DNA of 64,000 nt from Paraphysomonas bandaiensis (lineage: Eukaryota > Protista > Chrysophyceae). Below the pieces are notes generated by a model. That model saw only the letters and a program-made list of their open reading frames with translations. It had not been told where the DNA came from and did no database searches. Position numbers and translations under genes: made by a program. The stretch is from contig CBFFRP010000134.1 in NCBI GenBank assembly GCA_965644295.1, positions 186,001-250,000 of the forward strand, given 5' to 3'. Shown here piece by piece: positions 1 through 14,245 of this stretch (positions are counted from its first letter, which is position 1; every line of letters starts with the position of its first letter).

Positions 1-1336
1 GTAAGATATAACAAGATGCGTGCTATTTGGATTCGTATTTATGGCGAACAATTCGTGTTTACTGGTGTCCAGAGGAAGGTCCGTCCACTGTGTTCAGGAC
101 TGGAATAATACCGAAAAGAGTTCAGAAGAAATTATCCTACGATTTCGTCGTTTGGCATACTATTTGCCGAAACATTCACTGCCAACTTTACGTGTGACAA
201 GCTCTACTCTGAAGATGTCTCCTTGAAGTTTAAGAGTATTCTTAGAGGGATTATTAATCCGAAGCAATTTCCTGCGTTGACACGACTGGTGCAGCACGGA
301 GTAGATATATGTGGGGAAAATAGAATGGGTATAGAACAAAAGAAAGAAGCAAATAGTTGTGCACGCTCAGCAGAAAGATGGGAAGCAACACACAGTATTA
401 AGTAATGCGTACACGAGGTGGACAACCAAGGCCTCGATATCATATATGTATTCCTGTGCGTGATGACTATTACAAGCTGTTTTATGCCTATGACAAATAC
501 AACAAGCAAATCAAACAGAGGGTATGACCACACAGGGATGGTGGCAATGGGCGTTTGGGTGAGGCGGGAGAGCACAATTCGTTTATGTTGGTTGTATAAT
601 AGAAAACACTGTCAACGCATATCGTCATATAATGAATGTCGATTCCGAAGATTTTGAGTACTTTGGTTATTGTCAAACTCTAGCAAACGATTTGTATGAG
701 TATGCAAGCACACTCTCTGATAGTACTATTTAGCAGAGTAATACAATAAATTTAATTGATTTGGACGTAAATATATTACTTCTTATAAGTGTGGTTACTG
801 ACTGTGGTTAATGAGTGTGGTTAAGACCAATTATGCCCCTCTGGCTGTTGCTTTGTACTAATCCCTTTACCATAACGGTTAATATGTGTAAAGAAAATTA
901 AACCTCTGTGAAGTACGTATGAAATTCATTATTACAGTCGTAGTCGAAATGTTGTGACTATCACTAACTCTTTCATATTTATAATAATCGTATATCTAAA
1001 AGTCATGCATAGACATTAGACATACCATTTCACTTTTATACCATTAATTGCTGAAAAACTATTACTATACTACTACGTATTTTGCTTGCATTGTTAAGTA
1101 TTGCATTGAGTAGAAGTTCTACATTACAGCATGTATTCCACTATACCCTAAATCACTAAGATATGTTGCGTAAATGCTAGATTCCAGTATATTTATAACA
1201 GGCTGTATTTCGCTAAACCAGCCTCCTATTAGTAGATAACTTCTAGCAAAATCATTACATATGCTAATGAGTATATTCACCACATCAATAAAACTATAAC
1301 CATAACAAATCACTCTATCCAACGAGCTGGCATCTC

Positions 1337-4220
1337 TTATGTCTTGGCAATCATATCTGCGATTTGACGTTCCAATTGCGGATCACGGCAAATGCGCATA
1401 ATCTAAATGGTATAAAGTATGACAGAATTCATTAACTGCTATTGACAAAATACCTCCTGCATCCTTGGAAGGTCTTTCATACGGTAAGCCACATCAACTG
1501 CCCTTTTCCACATCGATAACTCGACATACACATCAAATCGTTCTTCCATAGACGATATTCTCTCAACATATTTGTCGATCTCACTTTCTGGCTGATTATT
1601 CCTGAAAATTCATAATGCTAGTTAGTACATTGAAAATCGTGTGAAAAAGAATTAACATACTTCTTGCACGCAACTGCAAAAGGCTTATAACCGATAGGGG
1701 ATTTTTTCTCAGCTGCCAATCGAGAAAGATATTCCCACTGCCCAGTGCGACTGTAGCACTGGACTTTGAGACTCCACACCATTTTCTCAGACACCTTGAA
1801 CTTCTTTATAATTTTTGCAGATTCCTGATTCCATCTTTGCGACTCTGAAGGATTCTCGACGCTCAGCAAGAATATATTATAAAGCGTCTCTGACAAGGAG
1901 AGATCAAGGAAGTCTCGACCGGATCTCACTTCAAGAGCCTTTTGAATTTCCATTAGTTCCATTTGTTCTTCTGTCATGCTCCGGTACACAGAGAGGTCTC
2001 GATTCTGACCGAATAACTGAACAGCCTCTTTCACCAATTGCAGACGCTTCGGGAACGCTGACTGAACATATGCCTGGCTCATGCATGCTGCGCCGGCCTC
2101 CAAGTAGTTATGGTTAAATACCAGTAAGTTGTGCAGTAGTGAACGGTCAGTTAGAGTAACTTTATTGCGGTAATATATTTTTAAGAGGTTTGAAGCCTCC
2201 GGGTGGGTCTGAACCAGACGAAGGAATGCTTGTGCATCCGGTCTCGATCTCTCTAAATGAATAAGGGTAAGATATATCAGATCCGTTTCCTCGCTATTAA
2301 TTGCCTTCTGAAGAGCCAACTCTTCCTCTTGCATAGAAAGTAGTAGTGGTACCTGGTCGGAAGCATGTTGTTCCATGTCCAATAGCATTGTTGCAAGGCG
2401 TCTCCTACCCATGTGATAAGCGGAAGCAGCTACCTCTAGATATGAGACCCGATCAAATGGTTGGAGCTTATGTTTTATCGTTTGAGATATTTCCTCATCA
2501 GTGGCGGATGTCGCAGTGAGTTTTTTAACTTTCTCACTTGCCCAGTGAACAAGTACACTCTCGTTCTTCAGTTTCATCAATTCACATATCTTCAAAGCCA
2601 AAAAGTGGTGGTTCCGAACAGTGAGACGATTTACTAATACCTCAGGTGTGAGCCGCGCATACTCCTGGATCGTTAGTGGAAGACCTATATCTGGACTACG
2701 GACGTCATTTAATACTCTTAATTTCTTGGCTGTCTCCACAAATTCTTCAGGATCAAGGTTTTGACAAAACGCTTTGCCGTAAGAAGCAGCTCTCAAAAGT
2801 GCCTGTTGCCGAGATATATCAAACTCCGCCGCCGCAGCGTTAATGCATGACTTAACGGCATACTGAAGTTGGTTTGTAGAAGCGATGGAACGTATATTTT
2901 CGTCAGATTTCGGGTCGCCTTCTATAAATCCTTCCATCGCGTCATACAAAAGAGCAGCTGGGTCGGTTGAACCAATACGACGAATAGCTTCCGTACAGGC
3001 GGGCACCCTCTGGAGCATTTCACAAGATGAGGACGTGATGATTCGACAACAGTCTTGCTCAGAAACCAGTGCCACTGCACCATCATAAGGGTAGTTGAGC
3101 CAATCCCCGTAAGGCCCTACCATCACAATACCCGTGTTTTTCCAAAGAAGCACTACTGCATCCTCCCCACACCAGGTGACTTCCATAGGACGAGACATTG
3201 ACTTCGTATCAAAGTCTAATACCTAATAGCACATATTACAACGATATATATACTATATGATGATACACTTCTGCAAATCTTCAGATGGAAACAAAGTACA
3301 TACCTTGGTTGTGAACGTCACAGAGAGGACAGTAAGTACGCCGTCACGTCTAAAACACGCCAAAAATCGTCCATTAGGAGCGACGGATATCTTCGTAATA
3401 GGTGCAGCAATACGGTCTTGTAGCAACTGATCCTCCGCATCATTTTCGTCGGCTACAATAATGGAATTATCTGATGTGCCCAGCATTACTTCGAGGAGTC
3501 CTGAACGGGAGAGGAGAGGTGGAACAATAGCCATAGACGTGAATGGATTCTGTGCAGTAAGACCGGATCGCAAGGTATACTTCCTCGACCCAAGCTCTCC
3601 ATCGACAGTAGATAAACCCTACATGGAGTCAATTATTAAAATGACATCACTAAGGAAAACACTCACCTCGAAGACGAACAACTGCATATCTGACGAAATC
3701 GCTACCACCCCGTTACCCCAGAAATGACATTCCAAGATATGCACAGAAGTGACAGCTTCCAGAATCAAAAAGTTTCTAACAAGCTTCCCATGGATATCGT
3801 ATATCAATGCATTCCCTGGAGACAATAAATAACGCTAGACCATCATATATAAGTAACAAATACCATCCTCCAGCACAATAACTAGCTGCTCATGATCACT
3901 CCATCCCATTCCTACAACCCGACGATCATTCCAATCAATCTAAATATAATTATAATAAGAAATATCTAATCAACACATTGATTTATATGAACCTCTGCTA
4001 ACTTCCGACCAGCAGATGTAAATATACGTAGTTTAGACTTCGCTGTTTCTCCAGATAGAGCAACGAACTTTTTTTCATCTCTAATCATTGCTAATGGACC
4101 CCCAAAAGGTGCTCCACACATTTGAAAATCTTCTATATGCATATCACTACCCCACTGCATGTCATACGTCTGCCATTTCCTATAGAGAACCTCACCAAGA
4201 GCATTCCAATCTCCTTGCAT
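1337..4220 (-). CDS. VPS16: Vacuolar protein sorting 16 (HOPS/CORVET core subunit), multi-exon
   Basis: N-terminus MQGDWNALGEVLYRKWQTYDMQW...GAPFGGPLA. Further Vps16 motifs: WCGEDAV, LLRAASYGKAF, LRVLNDVR, HWASEK, EKKSPIGYKPF. ORFs 3966-4232, 3619-3825, 3253-3573 and 1618-3198 join through short GT-AG introns, and the last exon ends ...MIAKT* at 1337. Confidence 0.95.
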
Positions 4221-4333
4221 GATTATAATCAAGGAAATAAGATGATTGGGATTCTTTATTAATATATACTATAATAATGTTTAATGGTGTATAAGTTTGT
4301 GTAAATGGTCGATATCTGTATGATACAGAGCAC

Positions 4334-4713
4334 TATGTATGTATGTATGTATGTATGTATGTATGTATGTATGTATGTATGTATGTATGTATGTATGTAT
4401 GTATGTATGTATGTATGTATGTATGTATGTATGTATGTATGTATGTATGTATGTATGTATGTATGTATGTATGTATGTATGTATGTATGTATGTATGTAT
4501 GTATGTATGTATGTATGTATGTATGTATGTATGTATGTATGTATGTATGTATGTATGTATGTATGTATGTATCTATGTATGAATCTATCTATGTATGTAT
4601 GTATGTATGTATGTATGTATGTATGTATGTATGTATGTATGTATGTATGTATGTATGTATGTATGTATGTATGTATGTATGTATGTATGTATGTATGTAT
4701 GTATGTATGTATG
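4334..4713. repeat. (TATG)n microsatellite between divergent VPS16 and WASHC4
   Basis: Nearly pure TATG array of about 380 bp with a short interruption near 4572-4590. Confidence 0.99.
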
Positions 4714-4902
4714 TTGGTATCCTATCTGTGTATGGGGTGTGGTTGCATGTGTCGCTCATCATCATGTATATATTTATCTGCATATGTATCTACATATATC
4801 TGCATATCACACAGCAATACTAATCAACACGTGAAACACTCATACATATTTTATTTCACACTTTTCCTGTATTGCACACACTCTCCCCCATACATAGATA
4901 AT

Positions 4903-7900
4903 ATGGACCAGTGGGACAGCACGTTTGAGGACGATCTCTCATTTAAGAAGCCAATCAACGATCAAATCCAAAAATCTCTTAATTTCGCACAAGAACATGA
5001 AACATTATTAAGAGAAATTGAAAATGCAACAAGAATGACGATTGTTGATACTCCAGTTGGTCATTTTAAGCCTATTCATATAGCGGCTGAGCCACTGGAA
5101 AGAGTATACGCGCAAGATTTAATTACGACAGATAATCCACTACTAAATAAAGTATTAACAGTAATTGTTTTTCTCTGTGATGAGATTAATGAATTACAAG
5201 ATATTGCATCAATTGAACTTTTTCGTCCGTTAATTATGTTTGGCCAACAACCCCCCGGTGTTGAAGTAGACGACGAAGAAGAATATAAAAACGACGGCAC
5301 TGTTGAAAAGTCAATGGGTGCAATTTTACCACACCTTCAAAAAGTTTCCAACTTTGTAGATAGAGCTTACTCTGTCAGTATTAATTTGGTTCAGCAGCTG
5401 TCATCTCTTATTCGGGACAATGAACAACTGTACAGGGCGAGCTTTCAGAAGGTCCACTTGGAAAAGGTTACACGTGCATGTACATTCACATAGTAACACT
5501 CAAATGTTAAATGCAGGTATTTCTCTCTCTTGGACAACTCTTGACCATTCTTATCACATTGGACAATATTATCGACCAGAATGATGCACTAAAGCATGCG
5601 TGGGTCTCATACAAACATATGATTTCATTTGCCCGCTCTGACCCAAGCTCTTTCAACACGACAGAGAGTAAATTGAGTTCATATGAGAAGCTTTTAGTAG
5701 CCCTTGATGTAAATATTATGTCGCGGGAGATATTTAAAGGGTGTATTGATCAAAATTACGAGATTAACGTGAATGAGAACGATGAAGAGACAAAAATCAG
5801 TGTCCGAAGTAATGCCACTTTTTTAGCAGAGATGCTGCACTGTACGAAGTCTATATTAGAGAATGCTCTCGCTGTTATTGGCAAGAGCACGGAGCTGAAT
5901 GAGCGTGAGCATTTAGTTGGCTGTTTTGGACTTTATGTCCTCTATCGACAGTTGGTGCCTCCTACAGTGGCCCCAGATGCGAAATTTCAAAAGCATTTGT
6001 GGGGCATTCAGAAAACCATTCCTATAGTCGTTTTGAGTGATAAGGTAGTGTGGTACCCAGCGGAATTCCTCATGTCATATGCCCCTTATGAGCTCAAGAA
6101 ACCAGACCCGCCAAATCCAGCGGTGTATCGCAAAACTTTTTTGGTTCAATTTGATTCAACATTCAGTGCTAAAGTGCAGAGCCTCATAGCACAATGTAAG
6201 AACTGGTTTATTTTGGCTGAAACGCGCCTGCAGGCGAGCTTGCGACACGAGGATAATATTCGCAAGGTGATGGACTTAAGGGGTAGCATTGTGCTCAAGG
6301 GGTTGAGTTTGGCCAACAGAGCTGCCTATCTTGCAAAGTATTCTTTGGTTACTCATGGTGTGCTACAGGTACTGTAAAATAATACGTAGTGTGTGGCAAA
6401 TAGCGATCATGTATCATATATAGTCCATATATTAGTATGTTCGAAGTATATAACGATCTGAACTGTTGTAGTATTGCATATAGTTATCCGTACTTAATGG
6501 TGTTCCTATTCCAACGTTGCTCGTATTAGGTTCCAATGACGAAAAGTACTCTACTTGATATCTCGTCTCTAGTTGAAGTTCTCAAAGGAATAGAGTTCAC
6601 ATTCATTAGAAAAGACACTGAAATTAATGAAGCCCGTGTGCATATGTTATCTCTGTTAGCATCAGCTTGTTTGGACATAATTAAGCCTCTGAAGAGTAAA
6701 CTGGAGAGCTCCAGAAGGTTAGATGCGGCCAGACTGGACATGCTGACAGCACTGTCTGTTCTACAAACATCGTTGACCACTTCCGAGAGTCTGTCATACA
6801 CAAGGCAGGTGTTGCTGTACTTGTCATCCAGTATGGTTCTCGGAGCGGGACAATTAGGGGAAGCAGATGCGAATAAGCTGAGAGCATATGTGAAGCGAAT
6901 GAGCTATATTGGAAATATTACGAGAACAGTTAGAGAGTATTGTGATACCCAATACCTCTACCACCACAAGTAAGCTGATTTTTACCACCTTGTGCAATAA
7001 ATAACTTACATATGCAGAGATACTTTGTTTCCTATTGCAGTTGCCAATATATTCTCTACTCCGACATCAATGGGGTCACACAAGTTGCAGTATTTAGTTG
7101 CGGCATTTTGCTATGGAGCTAGATCTTGTGGAAGTGTGATACACATTGAAAGTGAACCGTTTGTGACTGCCTACAGGGAGTTTCTTTTATCTGTGCTGCG
7201 CCGAGAGATCGTTGAGCCGTTGTGTCGCAGCATCGAGACTGATCTTAGATTACACATTCACACAAAACACTTGACGCATATGCAGGCCAGTAATCCTAAA
7301 ACAGAGGATCAGAGACCTCTCAAACCGTACTTGGACATAGCTCCTGTTCACGTTCTTGGTGAAGTTCTTACAATTAAGAATGAAGTTAGTCACTATCTTG
7401 ATAGAACGTTCTACAATCTCACTACAGTGGCCCTGCATGACTGGAGAACTTATAGCGACATGCGATCGCTGGCAAATGAGAAGTACGGCATCGTTCTATT
7501 AGACAATTATTTGCCAATGGGTAGCCTGGATCAGGGGCTAGATGTTTTGCAGATTATGAGGAACATACATGTATTTGTGGGGAGGTAAAATCAACACCGT
7601 TGTCGGATTGTATTGACCTGGGATGCGCAATTATTTAATGTATTACGGGGCATATTGCCATATCACTCCTGTGTTTGTTGTATTTATTATTGCATGTACT
7701 CAAGTGACCTAATGAATAAATATGGAAGTCATCCGTATCTTGGCGTCGTGTCTAAATTACTTGCGTGTACCTCAGGTTTACGTACAATATGAATACTCAA
7801 CAGTTTGTGGAGTTCCGCCCAGATAAAGCTTCGAAGCATATCAACACTATCAAGATACAGAGTATTGCAGGTCCATCTTATATGTAGTTCTGCTCTGTAT

Positions 7901-10105
7901 GCCCGTATGCAGTTCATAACGTAGTATTCACCTTGTATATAGTAATTATGTTTTTCGAGCTGTTCACTTCTAACCGCTTCCTATAGCTTCACTTCGTCAA
8001 CATGGTCTGGGAGTTCTCAACACCACTGTCAACTTTACCTACCAATTTCTTGCTCAAAAGTTCAATATATTTAGTCAATTCCTTTTCGACGACTATATTA
8101 AGTATGAAAACGTGTACCGTCTTGCTCCCCATTTTGTGGTAACTGTGTATTGTAGGGCTCATCTGAGCAGAGAATACCGTTGGTATAAAAAGCACAAGAA
8201 CTTGCCTGAGGTCAACAATAAATACCCTTACGACAGGTGACTACAACTCTTCCGTGGCTTGTTTTATATATTATCATTTGTAATATTGCTTTCAGGGCCC
8301 TTAAATTTGTGAGGGATATCAGGAAGCTAGGGGTCAATGAGGCCGGGAAAACTTTCTTGGATCAGTTTAGAATACTCATAACCGAGGTTGATTCGTTGGC
8401 GTCGTTGTTGGATATATTATATTGAGTTGCTGTGTGCTTTTTTTACCGTATATTTGTTTTATGTTATTTCCTTTTCTTCAGTTTACTCTACCTTCTTGTA
8501 CCATCTAATCTGTTTCATCTTGCGTAGATTGGAAATGCCTTGGGCTATGTAAGAATGGTTCGATCGGCGTCAATGTTTTATTGTAGTGAAGCGGTAAAGT
8601 TTTTGCCTGATATCGACAAGATAATCTCATTTGAGGTAATACGACATTGCCCATTAGATGTATCCGAGGAGTATACCATATTTCCCTCTTCCTCTATCTC
8701 TTTAATCTTTAATTCATATTTTAGAAATTTTCTGGGGGTGATCAATCCGGTGAAGGAGAAGCGGCAGAAACAGATAGCACTGGAGCAGGCTTGAGCGGCG
8801 AAACGGTACTGTATAACCTGTGTGTTCCGTATTATGGATGCTTTGCAAAGTAGCTAGTGCTTTAATTGAATATAAATTACACAACGACAATAATATATAT
8901 CTTGAACTTGTCAGGTGAGGGCAGCAAAGAATCTTGATTCTGTGATTCGAACTCTTGTGGACAACTTTTCGGAGGGGAGTGACTACTTTAAGGTATTGCA
9001 TACAACTTACTTGTCACTCATATTGGCTGCTTTCCTTTCGTAGTAATGGGTATATAGATTCCGGAGTATATTTTAGTCTCAGCGTTCTCATGATTGTAGA
9101 GTATTGATTTCTGACGTTTTATTCGCAATAGCTGACATGATTTCAGCTGTTCTTTATTTACGGGTGTTATTTGTAGGTTCTAGTAAACGTATTCCAGTCC
9201 GTATTGCTTACATCAGACAATGATCACTTGAAAACTTTCTTCATGATTGGTACGCATACATGCACTATTGGTGCTGTCAATATGCTCTCAATTATGAGTT
9301 TACATGAGTAACCGTGTACTAATACTATTTTGTATAGTTCCAGCGATGTGTATATCTTGGGTAGAGGCCTCTCTTCAGGCGAAGGACGCCATGTATAAGG
9401 CCACCAGACATCAGAATAGGTATATCTGACCTGCACAGTATATTATATCATCACTTTAAGTCGCTGTTTTTTAGGGAAATGTACTTCAATGATGATGGCT
9501 TTGCCATTGGGCTGTCGTATTGTTTGGCAATTCTTAAACAAACCAACAAGTACCAAGCCCTTCATTGGTTTGATACACTTGGAGACAAACACAAGGCCGA
9601 CCTGAAGGTGCTGAAGGAACAACAAGAGGCGAGGTATTGCTTTGAGGCAATTATTTATTTTACGTTATTGCGCCAGTGTATATTCCTGCTGTGTACAACC
9701 ATGCGTCTCTCAGTCAATACATGTGTTTCATATGTATGTACTCTGTAGGGCTCTTAAGGAAAAGCGTAAGAGTGAGCGCCGCAAGAGCACGACTGGGTTC
9801 ATGGGGGGAGTCTTTGGTAGTAAGAAACAAAGCGACGATGACGATGAAGATGAGCACCAGGACTACGAGGAGGTAACTTCTATACTTAATTATTACGAAG
9901 TATATCGTGTTTCTGTGGTATCTACTTATGAGCATAAAGTGTGCCTATATCGTATGTACAACACTAAGTTTTCTGTCCTACGTAGGTGCACTCTCTGCAG
10001 ATGACTGCCAAGCGTATGGAGGCTATGCGTCGGGAAAACGACCAGCTCTTTTACTCTATGGCTGGTGCAGCAATCTTTTTTAAACGCACTGATGTGGACA
10101 TATAG
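4903..10105 (+). CDS. WASHC4: WASH complex subunit 4 (SWIP/KIAA1033), multi-exon
   Basis: Motifs include IETDLRLHIH, YLDRTFYNLTTVALHDWRTYSDMR, LDQGLDVLQIMRNIHVFV, SLRQHGLGVLNTTVNF, IGNALGYVRMVRS and FNDDGFAIGLSYCLAILKQ. Stop follows ...FKRTDVDI. Confidence 0.93.
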
Positions 10106-10901
10106 TCTTCTCGCAATGGGCATGAAGTCTTTAATTTGTCTGTGCTGTTGGACCTTTGTGCTTCCCATACATAGAGACCGAATGCGATTGGTGAAATGGA
10201 CAGTAAATGCGATTCCTCGCAACAGAACGAAGAAATAACAAAGTTATATGATAAATAGTTTGGTAGTAGGTCAATGTCAAGTAGAATATTTACACGGACA
10301 CTACAGTGCGTACAGTCCAGTGCAAAATAAGTGTTCATAATATCCAGATTAAACACATATTCAGCTTGTACTATGTGGTGTGCAAGCTAAAACTAATGAC
10401 TAAGCCACACTCCCCACGTTTACCTTATTTTGTGGTTTTGAATTCCTTTTATGATAGTGGGCATATGTAGCACCACTACTGTTGTTAGACCAATAGTTTC
10501 CATATGCATATTAGTTACTTTTAACCGTGGGTTCTAAGGTGGGTATATCGTCACCAAAAAATGAAGCTGTCGATAGGTATGTAATATACATTCTGATAAG
10601 CACGACGTGATCCAAACATTAGGCTTTACGTAGCTGGACCGTTAAAGAAAAATATAAAGTAATAGCAAGAGAACACGGATGGAATTTACTTCATGATCAA
10701 TTTCTATTTATTTCACCGTTCACAATGTACGATGTTTTCACGCTTTAATATCAACATTTGCATAGTCACAAAACTACACCCACTTCATACTACAAACGCA
10801 GCATAAAAATAATCAAATAGATATATTCTGCTGTGCAGCCGATAATTATCACAACGTATTACTGCGGATAGTACGTCTATCTCTCCATTATCACGTGTTG
10901 A

Positions 10902-13900
10902 CTAGCCAGTGGTATTGAACTTGTGGCACACAAAGGGAAGATTGTCTGTATCCTCATAACCATCACCCTTCATATCATCTTCAAGGTCCGAACCCTTTAT
11001 AGCCAGTTCTGTTCGAAGCTTACCAATGCCAGCAGTAAGTGCGGCCATTTGCTGCTTTTCTTTTTTCATGTTGGGCTCCACGAATACCGATAAAAAGTCC
11101 ACAGGCAGACCATACCGCAGGACGGATTCGACGAAACCTTTCACTACTTTCAAGTGTATCCATCCGGAAAATACCTCACCATAGTGTGCCCGGCACCACC
11201 GCACTATAGTGGTAAGTGTTTGTTGCACCTCCCACTTAGCCTGATCAATCTGCCCATCAACGCCTCCAGCTCTAGATGGATCGAATGTAAACTCGCGGAT
11301 TGTGTAACGTTTCTCACGGAATGCATTCTTGATGTCATCCAAGTAGTCTACAAACTTTCCTAGAAAAACACAAAATAAGGTCTACGTAAAGAAAGCAATT
11401 CAACGACACACATTACACAGGAACTACTACGCATCATGTTGTATACCTCAGTAAGAATACAACACTATTCACTACACTACCTTGCACAAATTCGCTTCCC
11501 TCAAAGTACCCGGCTTCGTAGTGTCCCTTCAAGACTGTAACACTGTACAAGTGGACATCCCCTTCGGAATGGATTTTTACCGCGCTGCCAGGTACCACTG
11601 GACTACCCTTGATCTTTCCACGGTTACCCTCCGGGCCGAAATTCCCATCATCTCTTCCTAGACTTGCTGGGTTGAATGACGAAGCCCAGTCAGGCCCTCC
11701 ATATGCGGCAATATCTCCCCCAAGAGACTCGTAGCTTCGTAAAAACTCTATAAATGTCATTCATAAGCTCTCGGTATCACATACGCAATATATATCATAT
11801 TAATCAACGATATAAAACACACAGCGATTAACTTCGATTATATTCAATCACATAATTTTTCAGAGAGAAAGCGCTTACGCACCGGGCTCAGCTTGGTTGC
11901 TGACAACAACCAGGACAGTTAAAAGATTTTCGGAGTTTACAAACTCAAAACGACTGGTGATATCTGCAGGAAGGAAGTCCTCAAGATCAGAAGTAATTAA
12001 GTTCGTGGTCTTCTTTCTTTGCACTGCACTTAAATTTTGTGTTTTCTCGTTGTAACTAATCGACAACTTCTTCAGTTCATCATCCACTTTGGCTACCATC
12101 GACTGCACTTGCGAGACAAGATCAGGCAACTGACGTCCTTGATAACGGTATCGAGCATAGTCCCATTGAAAATTACGTAAGAAGTTCTCTACTGTCACCT
12201 CATTCGCTGCCCGTAGAGGATCAGCGTCCTTACCAGCTACCTCCTCATACTGCCTTTCAATTTTTCTGACCACAGTCTAATAAACAATCACAAACATTAA
12301 ATATAAAATTATATTAATTCGTATAGTCATGTTATATATGCATAGTTTTATTCTATATGTTTAGTTATGTTACATATGTGTAGTTACGTTATATATATAT
12401 AGTTGTGTTATATATGTATAGTTATATTCTATATATCTAGTTATGTTATGTATGTGTAGTTACGTTATATGTATAGTTATGTTACGCATATGTATGGTTA
12501 TATATATGGTTATGTTATATATAGAGCTATGTTATGTATGTTATATAGAGTTATGTTATATATATAGTTATGTTATATGTTATGTATGTTATATAGAGTT
12601 ATGTTATATATGTAAAGTTATGTTTTATATATATATAGTTATGTTATATGTATAGTTATGTATGTTATATATAGTTATGTTATATATAGTTATGTTATAT
12701 ATGTTATATATAGTTATGTTATATATAGTTATGTTATATATGGTTATGTTATATATAGAGCTATGTTATGTATGTTATATAGAGTTATGTTATATGTATA
12801 GTTATGTTATATATAGTTATGTTATATATGTTATATATATAGTTATGTTATATGTTATGTATGTTATATAGAGTTATGTTATATATGTAAAGTTATGTTT
12901 TATATATATATAGTTATGTTATATGTATAGTTATGTATGTTATATATAGTTATGTTATATATAGTTATGTTATATATGTTATATATAGTTATGTTATATA
13001 TGTTATATATATAGTTATGTTATATGTTATGTATGTTATATAGAGTTATGTTATATATGTAAAGTTATGTTTTATATATATATAGTTATGTTATATGTAT
13101 AGTTATGTATGTTATATATAGTTATGTTATATATAGTTATGTTATATATGTTATATATAGTTATGTTATATATGTTATATATATAGTTATGTTATATGTT
13201 ATGTATGTTATATATAGTTATGTTATATATGTAAAGTTATGTTTTATATATATATAGTTATGTTATATGTATAGTTATGTATGTTATATATAGTTATGTT
13301 ATATATAGTTATGTTATATATGTTATATATAGTTATGTTATATATGTTATATATATAGTTATGTTATATGTTATGTATGTTATATAGAGTTATGTTATAT
13401 ATGTAAAGTTATGTTTTATATATATATAGTTATGTTATATATAGTTATGTTATATATGTATAGTTATGTTATATATAGTTATGTTATATATGTATAGTTA
13501 TGTTATATATAGTTATGTTATGTATGTTATATATAGTTATGTTATATATAGTTATGTTATATATGTATAGTTATGTTATGTATGTTATATATGTATAGTT
13601 ATGTTATATATATATAGTTATGTTATGTATGTTATATATAGTTATGTTATATATAGTTATGTTATGTATAGTTATGTTATATATGTATAGTTATGTTATA
13701 TATGTATAGTTATGTTATGTATGTTATATATAGTTATGTTATATATGTATAGTTATGTTATATATGTATAGTTATGTTATATATGTATAGTTATGTTATG
13801 TATGTATACAGCTATATGTATGGTGATCTGTGTACAGTTACATGTATATGTATGTATACCTCTACTTGATTATTAATTTTATTGAGATCATCCGATAAGG

Positions 13901-14048
13901 CCATAAGAGAGTCTAAAGTACCCACTACAAGACTCGGTATCTCAAATCGATGCAGTTTACATGATGATATCTGTCGTTGTAAAGCACTAAATGTTGAATC
14001 AGGGCTTTCACCTCTATTTGGTACTGTCACAAGCCATAGCTGCTGCAT
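10902..14048 (-). CDS. ATP6V1C: V-type H+-ATPase subunit C (V1), multi-exon, with a ~1.6-kb first intron
   Basis: FEIPSLVVGTLDSLMALSDDL, NFQWDYARY, SENLLTVLVVV and WIHLKVVKGFVESVLRYGLP are Vma5/subunit C signatures. Confidence 0.95.
12320..13810. repeat. AT-rich intronic minisatellite with TATATAGTTATGT-like units and a 172-bp higher-order period
   Basis: The marker GTAAAGTTATGTTTT recurs at 12612, 12887, 13059, 13231 and 13403. The plus strand is almost free of C. Confidence 0.95.
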
Positions 14049-14245
14049 ACTGATCTTGACGTAACTTATATGAGCTTATATGTATGGATATATACGTATA
14101 TATGTAGAGGGTGAGATCCAAGTCACTCAAGTGGGACTTTAACTTCCTTTTCTACACTTCGTTCTTCATATATCCATCCCTTCCTGTATATACAGCAGCA
14201 GTATGTGTATATATCCATATGAAGAACAACATACACAAAAAACAC

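Noticed and set aside
1-657. Coding-like stretch at the window start
   Set aside because: Frame 1 has internal stops and no recognisable motif, and it cannot be assigned without upstream sequence.
4305-4834. MYVC/TYIH-repeat ORFs (also at 27234-27703, 33538-33873, 37175-37553 and 45575-46042)
   Set aside because: These are translations of the stop-free (TATG)n microsatellite, not proteins.
12443-12871. Hydrophobic ORFs in the V-ATPase C intron
   Set aside because: Translation of the minisatellite.
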